The position numbers and the translations under genes were made by a program. Below the pieces are notes generated by a model, which saw nothing but the letters and a program-made list of their open reading frames with translations, did not search any database and was not told where the DNA came from. A stretch of DNA of 64,000 nucleotides from Raillietiella orientalis (lineage: Eukaryota), in assembly GCA_036172245.1 (NCBI GenBank), contig JAYWIR010000006.1, positions 1,798,001 through 1,862,000 of the forward strand, in the 5' to 3' direction. Below are positions 1-11,559 of this stretch, piece after piece (within the stretch, counting starts at the first letter, position 1; each line of letters begins with the position of its first letter).

Positions 1-210
1 CTTTATCCCGGTGAGTACGGAGCCTCAGTAAAGACCCGTTCCCCTTCCCTCCCGTTTTTGTTTTTGTTATCCCCTTGTTCCTCTCCCGTTGCGAACTGTT
101 TGTTCTCCCGACCTGCGTGCCGGTGGCTTCTCTTTTTCTTCTGTTGTGTTGGTTGAGGACTTTGTCCCGACCTGTTGTAAATAAACGCCCCGGCGTGACC
201 GGGTGATAAA
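1..210 (+). mobile_element. 3' UTR/terminus of an L1/Tx1-like LINE (continues off the left edge)
   Basis: Bases 1-221 match 8102-8322 with one mismatch (pos 162). Pyrimidine-rich UTR ending in AATAAACGCCCCGGCGTGACCGGGTGATAAA (180-210). Confidence 0.85.
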
Positions 211-216
211 TTTCAA

Positions 217-312
217 CATCCGGCGAAGTTAAAATGGGCTCCCCGCGGAATTTTACCAGTGCTTTGCGGAGGAGCTCTTCCCCCTCCTGCTGAGACTCTC
301 GGCGCTGATGAA
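217..312 (+). pseudogene. Short LINE RT domain-0 fragment
   Basis: 233-283 translates NGLPAEFYQCFAEELFP, homologous to DCLPAEFFQSFVAEL of the minus-strand element and to the canonical PGPDGLPAEFY motif. Confidence 0.7.
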
Positions 313-2997
313 GTTTGAACCTGGTCAAAAACAAACCACAAACTTGAAGGGATATGTATCCTTTCAGGACACAAGAAACGCCCACACAAAAAGTTAAACC
401 GGGAAAACCACCGGCACACAGGCCGGCTTCAAAATAGAAGGGAACGGAGGGAGGGGACACAAAATCAACAAAAAAACGAGGGAGCGTGGGGACAGGGATC
501 TTTGGTTTCAAACGTTCCTCTTCGTCTAGAAGTTCCTCTTGACGATGGTGACTTCTCTGGCGACTTCTCTGGATAGATGAGGCCACCTCGAGGCTGCCTC
601 CATTAGGTTGGCGGCTATACTAGTGGTGCCCTCTTGCTGCAAACTTACTTGGAGCTCACGGTGGGCCGTCACGATGGCGCGGGTGGAACAGATTGTTCCT
701 ATCACAGCGCCTTTCTTCAGTCTGCCTTCGCTGAAGAAGTGTTGCAGCAGGTTGATGGCCGTGTCCTGGGGACGACGAAGTGCCGAAGCAAGTCTTCGCC
801 ATAACTCCCGCAAAACACTGCAGTCCAGAAGTAGGTGCGGAAGCGATTCCAGCACCCCGCACCTGAGACAGTTTGGGGAAGCAACTCCTCTGGAAAACAG
901 GTGTGTGCGCTGATTGCACTGGAAGCCCCAGTGCAGGAATAGCAGAGCATCCTGTTTCCAACGAAGCGGGAACACCGAGGTGTCCACGCACAGAACACGA
1001 GTTATTCGGGGGGTACACCAAGAAGTTCACTCCACCGAAGGAGTCCCTTTGCCCGGTGACGACTAGTGGCAGCATCCACCAACTCTCTCGTTTTGCAGCC
1101 GCTCAGGAGTTTTTCGACGCCTGCAATGCTGCAGGAGAACTCCCACCCTGCCGGTTGGCTACTGTTGTTGTTTGCCCTGAGGGCAGACAGTGCTGCGGCC
1201 AGGGGTGAGACGGCTACTCGGGATCAAAGAGACCAGCCCTGCAGGATAACTCCAAGCAGTTTGCGTAGGAGACCCTGTAGAGGTCGCAGTTGCTCTGAAC
1301 GCACTTCCAAGATGGTAGTCTAGTGCTTCAGAGCTTCATGCCGCCAGGCATCCCAATTCGTGAGGCGGCAGGAAATCCAGGGATGGGCTAACAACAACGA
1401 GGTCAGATGCCTCAGAGGATAGCCAAATCCAGTCCTCCGGCGTAGGTTGCTTGGCAGTAACGAAAGAAGTCCTGCACTGCCGACGCATCGCTGGAGGATA
1501 TGGAGAGCCGGAGCACACCAGTGGGAAGACCACAATTTCCCACATAGGGAGAGAAGTCGGAACTTCACCTGCAGTCCAATCTTCTCGATGGTCAGGATGC
1601 TCAAGGCAGCGTCCTGGCGTGGCGCCACCAAATCTTTGAGGCGAATCCGGGATTGTACAGCACCCCACAAGGCTTTACGGAGGAGATGCTGCTCCCGGAG
1701 TTTCACCAAATAGGGGGGCGGGGCAAACGAATAACAGGGAGCTGAGGAGGGGGGCAAGAAAAGCGTCCTAGATGCACGCTCTTTCCGGCAAGACAAACTC
1801 GCCGTCAAGGAACGGGCCGAGAGCCATCTCTGCCTTTTGAAGGCAGGCTGACCACGCTTCTGACGAGCAGAAGTCGCCCAACGGAACGCAAGGTACTTGA
1901 AGTACTTGCCCGTGGGGATCCTCAGGCGGATCTAGTCGGCCTGCCCCTCCCACGACGCACCCACCGGTACGACGGCGCACTTCGCCCTGTTGACGCTCAT
2001 GCCCGCTCCCCGACGGATCAGCTCGAAGAAATCTTCGACCGATTCCGCCGGTGTGGACATGGGCAACAGAAGCAGAAGGTCGTCGGCGTATGCTACCACG
2101 GACGGCGCGCATGGAGAGGCTCTGGGAAGGACGGCCAGCGTCAGCCTGTACTCTCTCAGCACCAGCTCAAAGTAGATGCTGAAGAGCAACGGACTATCGC
2201 CTTGCCTGCTGCTTCTGAGCCCGGCGACGCCGTACACGCGAGAGCCGCTAAAATTTAAATTAATCAGCGCGTGACGCCAGCAGGAGCGCAAGTACAGGAG
2301 GAGTTGGTTCGGAAGCCCAAGACGCTCCAGGAGCTCCAGGAGTTCCTGGTTTACACAGTCGAATGCTTTATGCAAATCAACTGTGACTGCCAAGGCTCCC
2401 GGCCTTTCTCCCATCCGTCCGCACTGACACTCGCAGTCGGCAGAAGGACTCGCCGCTGCTCCACTGTCCGACGCAACACGCTCTTGAAGCTGCCACCAGG
2501 TGCTCGCGAAAAGGAGGTTCGCATCCATGGACCGACCTGGAACAGCGTAAGACTGCCCCGAGCTTACCACGGACTTCACGACTTTCCCTAAGCGCGCAAC
2601 CCACAGCTTCGAAAACAACTTGAAATCCGTGTTCGCTAACGTGATCGGACGCCAGTTGTTGAGTTGGTGCAGATCTCCTCCTTTCGGAAGGAGACACACA
2701 CTCGCTGAGCGGAAGGAGGAAGAGACATCGCCCGTCACCCTCTTCAGCGTCGAGAGGCTCAGCACCAGGGAGGCGAGTTCCGCCACGAAGCTCTGAAAGA
2801 ACTCCGCGGGTAGACAGTCCTCACCTGGCGCTTTCCATCTCTTGAGTCCCGCAATGGCGGAAGAAACTTCCTCCTACGTGAAGAGCTCGTGGAGAGGTGC
2901 GCGTTCCTCCTCGCCGATGCCGTGAGCACCCCGCTGAAGAAGTAGTTCCGAGAGAACTCTCTCCGTCGGGACTTGGCGTAGAGCGAGGAGTAGATGG
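313..2997 (-). mobile_element. 5'-truncated L1/Tx1-like LINE (copy A), frameshifted ORF2: RT + C-terminal zinc finger
   Basis: Motifs in order: YSSLYAK, KAPGEDCLPAEFF, LLPKGGDLHQLNNWRPITLANTDFKLFSK, VDLHKAFD, RQGDSPLLF, YADD, GMSVNRAK (ORF 1932..2786), then CLRC..HLLLDC (ORF 526..987). 3' UTR aligns with 18445-18690, with most of the terminal hairpin deleted. Confidence 0.9.
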
Positions 2998-4840
2998 CGA
3001 CGTTGACACCTTTTCTAGACGCTTCCAAGCCATTGCTCAATCCTCCTTAGCACCCTGGCAGAAACTTGACGCCACGAAAACCTTTCTGCTCCCCTCCCTT
3101 GTGCACGACCTCAGGCTAGGAACAAAACCTCTATCATCATGGGTTAAACTAGACAAGTTAATTCGGAACACTCTAAAACAAAACATACTTCCGCTGACCC
3201 AGGGATCCTCCAACGAGTACATCTAGGATAGGGTCAGAGATGGTTGTCTCGGAGTTATGTTGCTTGTCGAAGAAGCTCGCACGATGCTCCTAGATTCTGC
3301 TTTCAAAATTCTCACCTGCCCCGACCAAAAAGTCACCGATCTTCCCCTTGCTTCTCTGGCTGATGCCACTGAGGCAAACACACTCACCCCCCACGATGGA
3401 ACTGATGACCCAATACCTAAAGGGCTGTTGTCTACCCTTCCATGATAAATCCAGCGGCGATCCTCGAACCCCGTGGTCATCCGTCAGGGAAGCCACAAAA
3501 CACCTTCCCGTGCAGTGGTCGATTCAGGACGGGACCTTGAACCTCTCCATGAACACTCAGGAAGCCGGTTTTCCCAAAATACTTACCCCCGCCAACCGGC
3601 GACAGGTCGCCCGCTTCATCCGAGACGCCTTCCGAGACGAAGAAATGAAATCGCTACTGAGTAAACCGGATGTGGGTAGGATCATGGAATGTCGTCGGTC
3701 TTCATCCTGCCTCCAAGAGTTTTCTTCTGATGTATAACGGCTTGCGTTTCGCCGATTGGAGATTTCTTCACCGAGCACAGTTCAACCAACTCCCCTTTAA
3801 TAGAATCCGAAAGAGACCCGGGCAATTCGAACAGTGAAGCGTTGCAACTACGTAAAGGAAACACTAGCGCACGTGATTTGTCATTGCAAAATGCATCTAT
3901 CCGCCTTGATCACACAGAGGCACAACTGCGTGGTCGATATGCTCATGAATTTCTTGTCCCCGAAATGGCCTATCACAATGACGGGTCGTAGATTGGACAT
4001 TGAGAACTCCACACTGCGGCCCAACATCTTCCTACGAAATTCCACTACTGCTGACATCCTCGACGTTACCGTCCCGTTCGAGAATCGATCTCAAGCCTTC
4101 GCTCCCGAATCCAAGAAACTAAAATATTCCGGTCTTGAAGAGAGCCTCAGGAGCCAAGGTTGGCAAACGGTGAACGACGCAATCTTCGTCGGTTCTCTTG
4201 GCACGTGGGACCCGGAAAACGATCGAGTTTTGAAACTGATAGCATTATCCAGTAATATGATAAAAGGGTTGTCTTCTATTGCTTGCAAAGAGATGATAAA
4301 ATTTGTGTGTGACATATACATGAACCACATATCCATCGCAAGTACGCAACCTGCGCATGAAGGCGACGTGAACATTCAAGCTGAAGATTACTTCGCGCAA
4401 CATGACAGCAGCACTCAATCCCCTCCCGTTCCTTACCCTGTTCCCATGGACCAACTCCTCCCTGTGTTGACCCCTACCCACCAAATAGCGGAGTAGATGA
4501 GCACCCCATCGTCGACGCCTTCCGCGTTCTCTCCACTCTGTGAACTCGATGAGCTTCTGTTTCTCCTTACCTCAAACTTGAATCCCCGAAAGTGCAATGT
4601 AACTCTCCAGGACTCAAGGAACGTGTTAAGATGCATCTCTTTGAATCCAAATACCCACAATCGGATCAAACTGCACTGGACGCTCCTAAAAACTTGACTA
4701 TGTGTATCATAACTTTATAAATGCTCCCGCTTCGCTACGTTTTTGAACTTTGAAAATCCGCGCGGACCTTCCCAAAATTGAGCAAAAATGTGTAAAAAAT
4801 GTCGTAATAAAAATAATGCCTTGGAAAAAAAAAAAAAAAA
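2995..4840 (+). mobile_element. 5'-truncated NeSL/Utopia-like (R2 group, REL endonuclease) non-LTR retrotransposon, pseudogenised
   Basis: SLAPWQKLDATKTFLLP..SNEYI*, zinc knuckle CNYVKETLAHVICHC..RHNCVV, REL motifs LRPNI..ILDVTVPFE..KKLKY..VGSLGTWDP. Contains stops and frameshifts. AATAAA at 4806-4811 and A16 tail at 4825-4840. Confidence 0.85.
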
Positions 4841-5512
4841 GACTTCTCAGCAGAGCACGCCTGTCTCACTGGACACTGGGGAATGTGGATGCCCATTGCA
4901 TCGAGTGCGGCGAAAGGGAAACCTTCCCACATCTTCTAAAAGAGTGTGTTGCCCTGGTTGGACTTTGGAATCGACTTTCGTCTATCCTCCTTCTTCCAGT
5001 AGGCGACCCTAAGGTCATTTATCGACGCCTCTTTCTACGTGATGGCCTACGTCCCGCTGCGTCTTTAGCAGTCCTCTGCTGTGTGAGCGGCATCCTGGAG
5101 AGGTGGAACGCCAGAAGAAGAGGCCAGAGAACCAGGGACGCCATCCACTGGACGACGGTCTTTTTGGAGACCGCGACACGATCGTGCCTACCACCCAGTA
5201 TTAAAACAGAACTTGTCAGCATCCTGGAAAGGATGCAGAGGACCGATCCAGGCATCCAGTGATCCCTTCCCTCCCCTCCCCCAAAAAACCATTCCCCTCC
5301 CCGTTATCCTTCTTTTTGTTTCTTTTTGTTTGGGTTTTCCCTTCCCCTGCGCCTCAGGAGAGGACCTCGCCGGTCTTAGCACCGGTTCACGACAAGTCTT
5401 CAAGCGTGGTAGAACGAAGTGTTCTACCACGACAGACAATATCTATAGACTTTATTATCTAACTTTGTAAGAAATTAGAATAATAAATGCCCCGGCATAT
5501 CCAGGTGATAAA
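4841..5512 (+). mobile_element. 3' fragment of L1/Tx1-like LINE (copy B): zinc finger + 3' UTR
   Basis: CIECGERETFPHLLKEC. C-terminus ELVSILERMQRT matches copy D (ELAGILERMQRT). Ends in AATAAATGCCCCGGCATATCCAGGTGATAAA (5482-5512). Confidence 0.85.
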
Positions 5513-8311
5513 CGTCGGCATGAACCGAGCATTCCCGGCGTTGGTCGTCGAGCAGGCTAGCCGCTCCAGACTGCCAGACCTGATGAGGGAAACCGGGAAT
5601 GTCCCGGCTTCCTTCCACTCAGCAAAGGTGCGTCTCCTGCCGAAAGGCGGAGACTTGCGCCATCTGAACAACTGGCGTCCGATCACCCTGGTGAACTCGG
5701 ACATCAAGTTGTTTTCCAAGCTGTGGGTTGCGCGACTAGGAAGGATCGCGGAATCCGTGGTGAGCCCGGAACAGACCTACACTGTCCTCGGGAGATCCGT
5801 GGAGGTGAACATCCTTTTCGCGCGTACCTGGATGCAGCTGCAGGAAGTCGTCGCTCAGCAAAACCGGGCTGCGGCGAAAGTCGCAGCTGCAGGCAAGGAG
5901 AACAGGCGCCGACGGCAGGAGGGAGCGCCGGGTTCCTTGGCGGTCGCGGTCGATCTCCATAAGGCGTTCGATTTTCACCCAGAATTCTCCGGGTCGTTTA
6001 TTAAAAAAAAAATAAACTTTATAGTAAAAGTGTCAGTGGCTGCAGCAATGCTGCAGCCAAGCACGAAGAACCACGGAGCCTGCCAGGACACCGGTTCGCA
6101 GACCGGTACGATCCACCATGGCAGCAGGGGAAGGGGAAAAAAAAAAAAAAAAAAGGCGTTCGACTGCGTAAACCAGGAGCTCCTCTTGGAGCTATTGAAA
6201 CGCCTTGGCTTCCCGACTCAACTCTTGCTCTAATCGCGCGCTTGATGGAGCCATGTGCTAACCTGCGTTACTTCCAGCGGCTGCCACGTATACGGTATTC
6301 CCGTGCGTAGGGGAATCCTGCAAGGGGATAGCTCGAGCCCGTTGCTCTTCAGTATCTTCTTTGAGTTGGTCTTGAGGGCGTACAGGCTGATGCTGTCTCA
6401 CTTGCTAAGCTCCTGCCCGGGAATGCCTGCCGTTGCCGCCTACTCAGATGCTCTGCTTCTCCTGTTACCCATGCCCACCCCGGAGACCAGTCTCGAGGAT
6501 TTCTTCGAGCTGATTCGCCGGGGAGCGGGCGTGAGCGTAAACAGGACGAAGAGTGTGTCGTTCCTGTGGGTGCGTCGTGGGAGGGGCAGTCCGACTGGAT
6601 CCGCCTGGGGATCCCCACGGGCGGGTACTCCAAGTACCTTGGCGTTCCGTTGGGCGCCCTCGGCGCCGCCGAAGCATGGTCGAACTGCCTTCAAAAGGCA
6701 GGGTTGGCCCTGTGCCCGTTTCAGCGTGGCAAGTTTGCCTTGCTGAAACGGGCAGTTATCTGGAACACTTTTGTGGTCCCCTCCTCTGTTCCTTGTTTTT
6801 TGTGTGTCCACCCCCCTACGAGGCGAAGAAGAGGGCTCAGCGCCTGCTAAGGAACGCTCTCTGGGGACCGGCGAGATCCAGGATTCTCCTGAAGGACTTG
6901 GCGGCTCCACGTTTGGGTATCCTGACATTGGAACAAATTGGGCTGCAAGTGCAGTTCCGACTGATGACACTGTGTACCCAGCTGTGGACAACCCCCCTGT
7001 GTGTGCCTGCACACATCCTTCTGCGGAGATGCGTTGGTAGCGAAGGACTTCTCTCGCTGTTGCCCGGCACTCGATACAGGATGCGGGGTTTCGGCTTCCC
7101 ATTGAGGCAATTGGCCTCATTTCTGCAAGCCCACACGTGGATCTCCTGCCGCTCAATAAACTTCAATGCTTTGCGGCAGGAGGCTGTTGAGTCCTGGGCG
7201 GCGTTCCAAGGAATGCGCCCTGAAGATCTTCGCCCCCTGAGACATGTTCTTCCACAACCACTGGAGAAGGTGCTGCAGGACGAGGTGAAGTTTTCCACCC
7301 TGGCCGCCACGTTCCTCGCCGCAGCGCTGTATGTCCTCAGGGCAAGAGACGACAGCTGCCTGCCGGCGAGGTGGGAGGTTTCCTGCATTATAGCAGGAAA
7401 AACAAAACTCCTGGGCACCTGGAAGACGAGCGAGTTGGCGGACGCCGCCACTCCTCGTGCTGTGGCGAAGGGACTCCTTCGGTGGGGAGAGGAACTTGGC
7501 GTTACTCCCGAAGAACTAGTGGTCCCACCCCATTGTATTGACAGTTCGCTGCTCCCCCTTGCTTGGAAACAAGGCGTACTGCTCTTCCTTCACTGAGTGA
7601 CGAACGATGGCATCGTGTTTCCGGAAGGGTTGCGTCCGCGAACTGTGCAAATTGCGGGGCGACGGAGTCGATCTCGCATCTACTTCTGGACTGCGGTGTC
7701 CTCCGAGAACTCTGGAGAAGGCTGGCACTCTCGCATCAGGAGATTACCGCAAGAGACTTGCTGCGATGATTCTTCGCGCCTAGAGGGCTGTCGACAAGCT
7801 CAATGATTGCAACCATGGGTTGCATCCGCGTCATCGTTTCGGCCCGACAGACACCAGTGACCAACGGACAGCGAAAAACGGTCGTCGGAAAGGCAGCCTC
7901 CTACATCGGGGTGGCTGTCAGATGGCCTCATCTGACAGAAGAAGCTAGAAGGGAGATCACCGACATCTACCGCCGGTTTACTGACGGTCTGCAGCGGCGA
8001 ACACGGTGATCCTTCCCCTATCTCCCTATATTTATTTGTTTAAAGTTTTTTTTTTGAGTTTGAGTTCCCTTAGGCTCCGTAGTTTTCTTGGTGCTTTTTC
8101 TCTTTATCCCGGTGAGTACGGAGCCTCAGTAAAGACCCGTTCCCCTTCCCTCCCGTTTTTGTTTTTGTTATCCCCTTGTTCCTCTCCCGTTGCGAACTGT
8201 TTGTTCTCCCGACCTGCGTGCCGGTGGCTTCTCTTTTTCTTCTGTTGTGTTGGTTGAGGACTCTGTCCCGACCTGTTGTAAATAAACGCCCCGGCGTGAC
8301 CGGGTGATAAA
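5513..8311 (+). mobile_element. 5'-truncated, decayed L1/Tx1-like LINE (copy C)
   Basis: LLPKGGDLRHLNNWRPITLVNSDIKLFSK, VDLHKAFD, GILQGDSSSPLLF, degenerate catalytic YSDA, YSKYLGVP, zinc finger CANC..HLLLDC (~7640-7695). Terminal motif at 8281-8311. Multiple stops and frameshifts. Confidence 0.9.
5972..6152 (-). mobile_element. 181-bp antisense insertion of a related LINE 3' UTR with 11-bp target-site duplication
   Basis: TSD AAGGCGTTCGA at 5961-5971 and 6153-6163. The minus strand reads poly-T/pyrimidine UTR and ends AATAAACGACCCGGAGAATTCTGGGTGAAAA. Confidence 0.85.
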
Positions 8312-8322
8312 TTTCAACATCC

Positions 8323-8830
8323 ACTTGCTGTCAGATGTGGCGAAGAAAGAGGCCACACCGGTTAACGAGATGTGTGCTACTATGCACGCATTTAACTTAG
8401 CCGGAGAGCCCGGAACGGAGGGAAGCATGGACCACGTCTTCCTCGACGAACACCTGTGCTCCCACGTGGGGAGGCGGGGAAGGATGTCGCCCAAAACTCT
8501 CCGACCATTTTCGGATGGAACTTGAAATTCTTTCGCGTGACAGGGGACCTCCCCTTTCCTCGCAGGCATGGAGACTTCCAAGGGACTAGCCCAACATGCC
8601 AGGTGAAGCGGAACACCTTCGCGCGTTCTTGCAAGGTAGTAGCGTGCAGATACTCGACGACTGGGACGATTAGAAAGGCTCGGTCCGAGAGTTCTGCGAG
8701 CATTTCTCCCTGCACCGTCCTCTCCCAGGAGGGTTCGACGAGTATGTTCGGAACGAATGAATGTACTTGAAGACTCGTCACTACACCCGAACACCAGACA
8801 TCCGCTGACTAACAGGATACAAAGCCGGGG
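8323..8830 (-). pseudogene. Decayed APE endonuclease fragment of a LINE
   Basis: Across frames: EDGAGR (D..GR), VVEYLHATTLQERAKVF (VYAP....ER..F), LGDILPRLP..TW, AKLNACIV (SRLD), ATSD (SDH). Motif order is right but residues are degenerate. Confidence 0.45.
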
Positions 8831-8869
8831 CCGTGTGGCAAGCCTGGCAATCCGGGTCGGCCAGCCGGC

Positions 8870-11522
8870 TGGACGACGACGGTCAGGAGCACTCGAATCC
8901 TGCGGCAGTAAAGCGCCTAGTGAGCAGCTGCTATTCCTTCCTGTACGCTAAGGCACCTCCGGAGCAGGATATCTCTCCCGCGAAGTTCTTCCAATGCTTC
9001 GCGGCGCAGCTCACCCCCCTGGTGCAGAGCTTAACGCTGCTGACTTGGGAGACGGGCGATGTTCCCGCCTCCTTTCGATCGGCACGAATGCGTCTCCTCC
9101 CAAAGGGAGAGGACTTACGGAACCTCAGCAACTGGCTTCCGATCACCGTGTTGAATGCGGACGCCAAGTAGCTGGCGAAACTTTGGTCGGAGCGATTAGG
9201 GCGGGAGACGGAAAGCTTTATAAGCCCGAAGCAGACCTACGCTGTTTCCGGGCAAAGCATGGACGCCAACCTGCTCTTCGCGAACAGCGGTTCGAGTTCC
9301 AGAGAAGAAGGACGAACGAAAGTGATTGCGCTAACTCGGCACCTAGTTGGCACCCCGAATTTCGGGACGTCCTCCGGTGGTAAGCAGGATGGTCAGGAGG
9401 GAGTGGGTTCCCTTGCGGTCGCAGCGGACTTGCGCAAAGTATTCTGTTATGTCGACCAGGAGCTTCTTCTGTATCTCCTGGAACGCATGGGATTTCCGGC
9501 CTCTTTAACAGCCTTTCTGCGCTTCAACTAGCGCGAAGCGCTAACCAACGTTTCTTTCAGAGGACAAAACGTGCAGTGTGCTGCTGCATCGCAGGATACA
9601 GCAGGGAAACAGTATGAGCCCTTTGCTCATCAGCACCTACTTCGAGTTGGAGCTGAAGGCGTACAAGAAGACTCTGGCTCGCCTGTCACGCACGTGCCCA
9701 GGCAAACTGGTCGTGTCAGCATGTGCGGGGGATCTGCTGCTACTGCTCCCCATGTCCGATTGGCTATCAGCGCTCGAAGATTCCCTCGAGCTGCTGAGCC
9801 GCGGGGAAGGACTGGAGGTGAACAGGACGAATTCGTCCGTGGTAGCAGTCGGTTTGGCGTGGGCAGGGCAGCTGAACTGAATCCGCTTGGGGATCCCCAC
9901 GGTTCCATATTTTAAGTACCTTGGTGTACCGTTGGGAAAGTATTCTCCTACGGAGACGTGGTCCAGCTGCCTCTAGAAGGCAGAGTCGGCGATTGGACCA
10001 TTCCAGGGTGACAAGTTTCTCTTGCCGGAACGGACCGCAGTATGGAACGCGTTTGTGGCCCCTCTCTCCCTCCCCTGCTTTTTGCTTGTTCCCCACCGAG
10101 TAGCATCAAAAGGCGGACGAAGGACCTCTTGAGAATCATCCTGTGAGGCACAGGGAGTCCCCGAATCCGTCTGAAAAAATTGTGCGCTCGAAGTCGCGAC
10201 GGAGACCTCGACCTCCTGACGCTGGAGCGACTGGAGCGGTAACTCCAGTGGAGGACGCTTGCTCTCATGGCGAAGCTTTGCAGCACGAACTTATGCGAGC
10301 CCGCACGATACCTGGTCACCGACTACGCGGGATTGTCTTCGTTCTTGGCACGGCGGCGCAGACGCAACGTGCCCAGCTAAGGACTGGGGCTCCGGCGAGT
10401 GGTCAAATTGACCAGGACCAACAGCTGGGTGTTCTGCCGTCCTGCGAACGGTAGTGCTTGGTTGCATATAACCGTTCTCACAAGGGCCAAGAACAACGAA
10501 GCGACCCTGGAGATGCTGCAGCGACTGCTACACTTTTTCCACAACAACGGCTAGCTGGAGGGCGACATCGTGCAGCTTATCATGTGTGCGTAGACACAAA
10601 AAACCTTCCTAGCGGCGGCACTTCCCTGCCTCAGGGAGCACCTGGACAGTAACCAGCTGGACAAATGGGAGGCCATTTGCGAAATCAATCAGAAGACGAG
10701 AGAACTAGGAGGTTGGACCACGGACCCGTTCACTGACGCTGCAACCCCAAGTGCCCCACCGAAGGGACTATTGCTCTGGGGCGAGCTTCTGGGAATCCCA
10801 TAGCAAGGTGTCGAGTGGCCCCCGGTGCTAAAGAACAACTGGACCCTCCCGTGAAATGGCAGGAGTCGGCACTGGGTCTCCCGTGCAACGCCCGAAGCTC
10901 CCACTGGACCGGGGAGCTGCGGACCCAAACTGCTGCAAATGCGGGGAACGGAAATCCCACCCGCACCTGCTTGTAGACCCTGTTGCCATTCAACCCCTCT
11001 GGTTGCGATTCACAACGGTCCTTGATGCACCGACGGGCTAATCCCATGCTAATGATGAAGCTCCTCTTCGTGCGTGATGTTCTTTCGCCTGATGCATCCC
11101 GAGCAGCTCTATGTTGCTGCCTACGTAGGATTGGGGCAGCCTGGAGCTACTCGAGAGAAGAACGGCACGACGGGGACGCCATCCCATCTGCTTCACCCTG
11201 AGCTTCCTGCAAACGGCAGCTAGACGGCCCCACCTGGGGCATACTCGGATGGAACTTGCAGGCATCCTAGAAAGGATGCAGAGGACTCCCTCCGTCACCC
11301 GGTGATTCTTCCCCTAACCCTCCCAATTTTTTGTATATATGTTTTTGCTTATTTTTATTTTTTGTTTGCCTTTTCTCCTTCCGCTGCCGAGGCGAACCTC
11401 TCCGGCCTGCATGCCGGTTACTCGGCAGGTTCTGAGCGTTTTCAGACAATGTAGGTCCGATGGACCTACACATGTATGTTTATTTTTTATCATGAACGTC
11501 CCGGCGTGACCGGGTGATCAAA
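8870..11522 (+). mobile_element. Decayed L1/Tx1-like LINE (copy D)
   Basis: CYSFLYAK, LLPKGEDLRNLSNWLPITVLNADAK, ADLRKVF, IQQGNSMSPLL, degenerate CAGD, FKYLGVP, zinc finger CCKCGERKSHPHLL. Terminal motif CCCGGCGTGACCGGGTGATCAAA ends at 11522. Confidence 0.85.
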
Positions 11523-11559
11523 TTGAGGATACACCTTCTCAGGTCGAGTCTCTGATTCC

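Noticed and set aside
1932..2786. RT as a bacterial retron, group II intron, DGR or CRISPR-associated RT
   Set aside because: The motifs (NWRPITL, DLHKAFD, YLGVP, C-terminal zinc finger), 3' UTRs and spliceosomal exons elsewhere indicate eukaryotic LINEs. No repeat-spacer array is present.
4841..4900. U2 snRNA target downstream of the Utopia-like element
   Set aside because: The flank is LINE coding sequence; no U2 sequence is recognisable.
4750..5262. 170-aa ORF as a real gene
   Set aside because: Chimera of the REL element 3' UTR/poly(A) (the KKKKK run) and a LINE zinc-finger fragment.
5579..5596. Hammerhead core CTGATGA..GAAAC
   Set aside because: Only 2 nt for stem II and it lies in RT coding sequence (LMRETG). 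A second candidate near 16780-16803 (minus) lacks a proper stem II.
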